Position numbers and translations under genes: made by a program. DNA of 5,179 nucleotides. It comes from Dictyostelium discoideum (Eukaryota). The notes under the pieces were generated by a model. That model was not told where the DNA came from. It saw only the letters and a list, made by a program, of their open reading frames with translations, and searched no databases. Shown one piece after another: positions 5,010-5,179 of this stretch. Position 1 is the stretch's first letter; the number at the start of each line of letters is the position of its first letter. Location of the stretch: assembly GCA_000004695.1 (NCBI GenBank), contig CH709174.1, positions 1 to 5,179 on the forward strand, read 5' to 3'.

Positions 5010-5179
5010 CCCAAAATATAATGGATCCATTGGGGGTAAAAAACCATGGATTTTTTAAAAAAAATTTAAATATTTTTTGGGGGGGCGAAAAAAATTCCAA
5101 AAAAAAAAAAAAAAAAAAAAATTTTGGGATTTTTTTTTAAACACAAAAAAAAAAAAAAAATTGGGAAATTTTTTTTTTT
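4981..5179. other. Homopolymer-dominated terminal stretch (T30, A22, A16, G7 and others). It probably reflects low sequence quality or an assembly-end artefact.
   Basis: The stretch has T30 at 4981-5010, A22 at 5101-5122, short palindromes aatggatccatt and ccatgg, and no coding potential. The only ORF here, on the minus strand, is poly-Lys read from poly-T. Confidence 0.6.

Noticed and set aside
4803-5030. 75-aa minus-strand ORF
   Set aside because: It is an artefact of translating a T30 homopolymer and AT-rich low-complexity sequence, which gives a poly-Lys stretch.

Overview
The window is a mosaic of three kinds of sequence. (1) Positions 1 to about 2390 are very AT-rich, low-complexity DNA of the kind found in amoebozoans such as Dictyostelium, and carry the 5' part of a minus-strand retroelement. 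This consists of an upstream terminal region with two tandem ~52-bp repeats and a perfect heat-shock-element (HSE) palindrome, a Gag-like ORF1 with an Asn/Ser-rich tail and no zinc knuckle, and a reverse-transcriptase ORF in a different frame containing the YLDD motif. This layout fits a DIRS-1-like (tyrosine-recombinase-type) retroelement best, although a Ty3/gypsy-type element cannot be excluded without a search. (2) Positions ~2568-4402 have a quite different composition, roughly 45-50% GC judged by eye. Their organisation is prokaryote-like: Shine-Dalgarno motifs 5-7 nt before ATG codons, enterobacterial or phage-like codon choice (ctg, cgt, ccg, gcc), and a stop codon overlapping the next gene's RBS. 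This segment contains a 34-aa small ORF, a 162-aa ATP-grasp-like ORF, a 97-aa ORF whose frame stays open through two in-frame TAA codons, and a signal-peptide-like ORF fragment followed by several short ORFs in staggered frames. The whole block is bracketed by 41-bp inverted repeats (2349-2389 and 4403-4443). The outer 18 bp of each repeat is the same perfect palindrome, gaatgttctagaacattc, which is four contiguous nGAAn/nTTCn pentamers. (3) Positions 4445-5179 return to extreme AT-richness. They contain a minus-strand tRNA-derived pseudogene followed by a T6 run, two downstream ~58-bp units that each carry a B-box-like motif, short tandem and direct repeats, and a homopolymer-dominated 3' end that looks like low-quality or artefactual sequence. 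The most interesting feature is the inverted-repeat-bounded unit carrying prokaryote-like cargo next to a retroelement. It could be a horizontally acquired or mobilised cassette, or a chimeric or contaminated assembly. It needs read-level and homology checks that I cannot run from the sequence alone.
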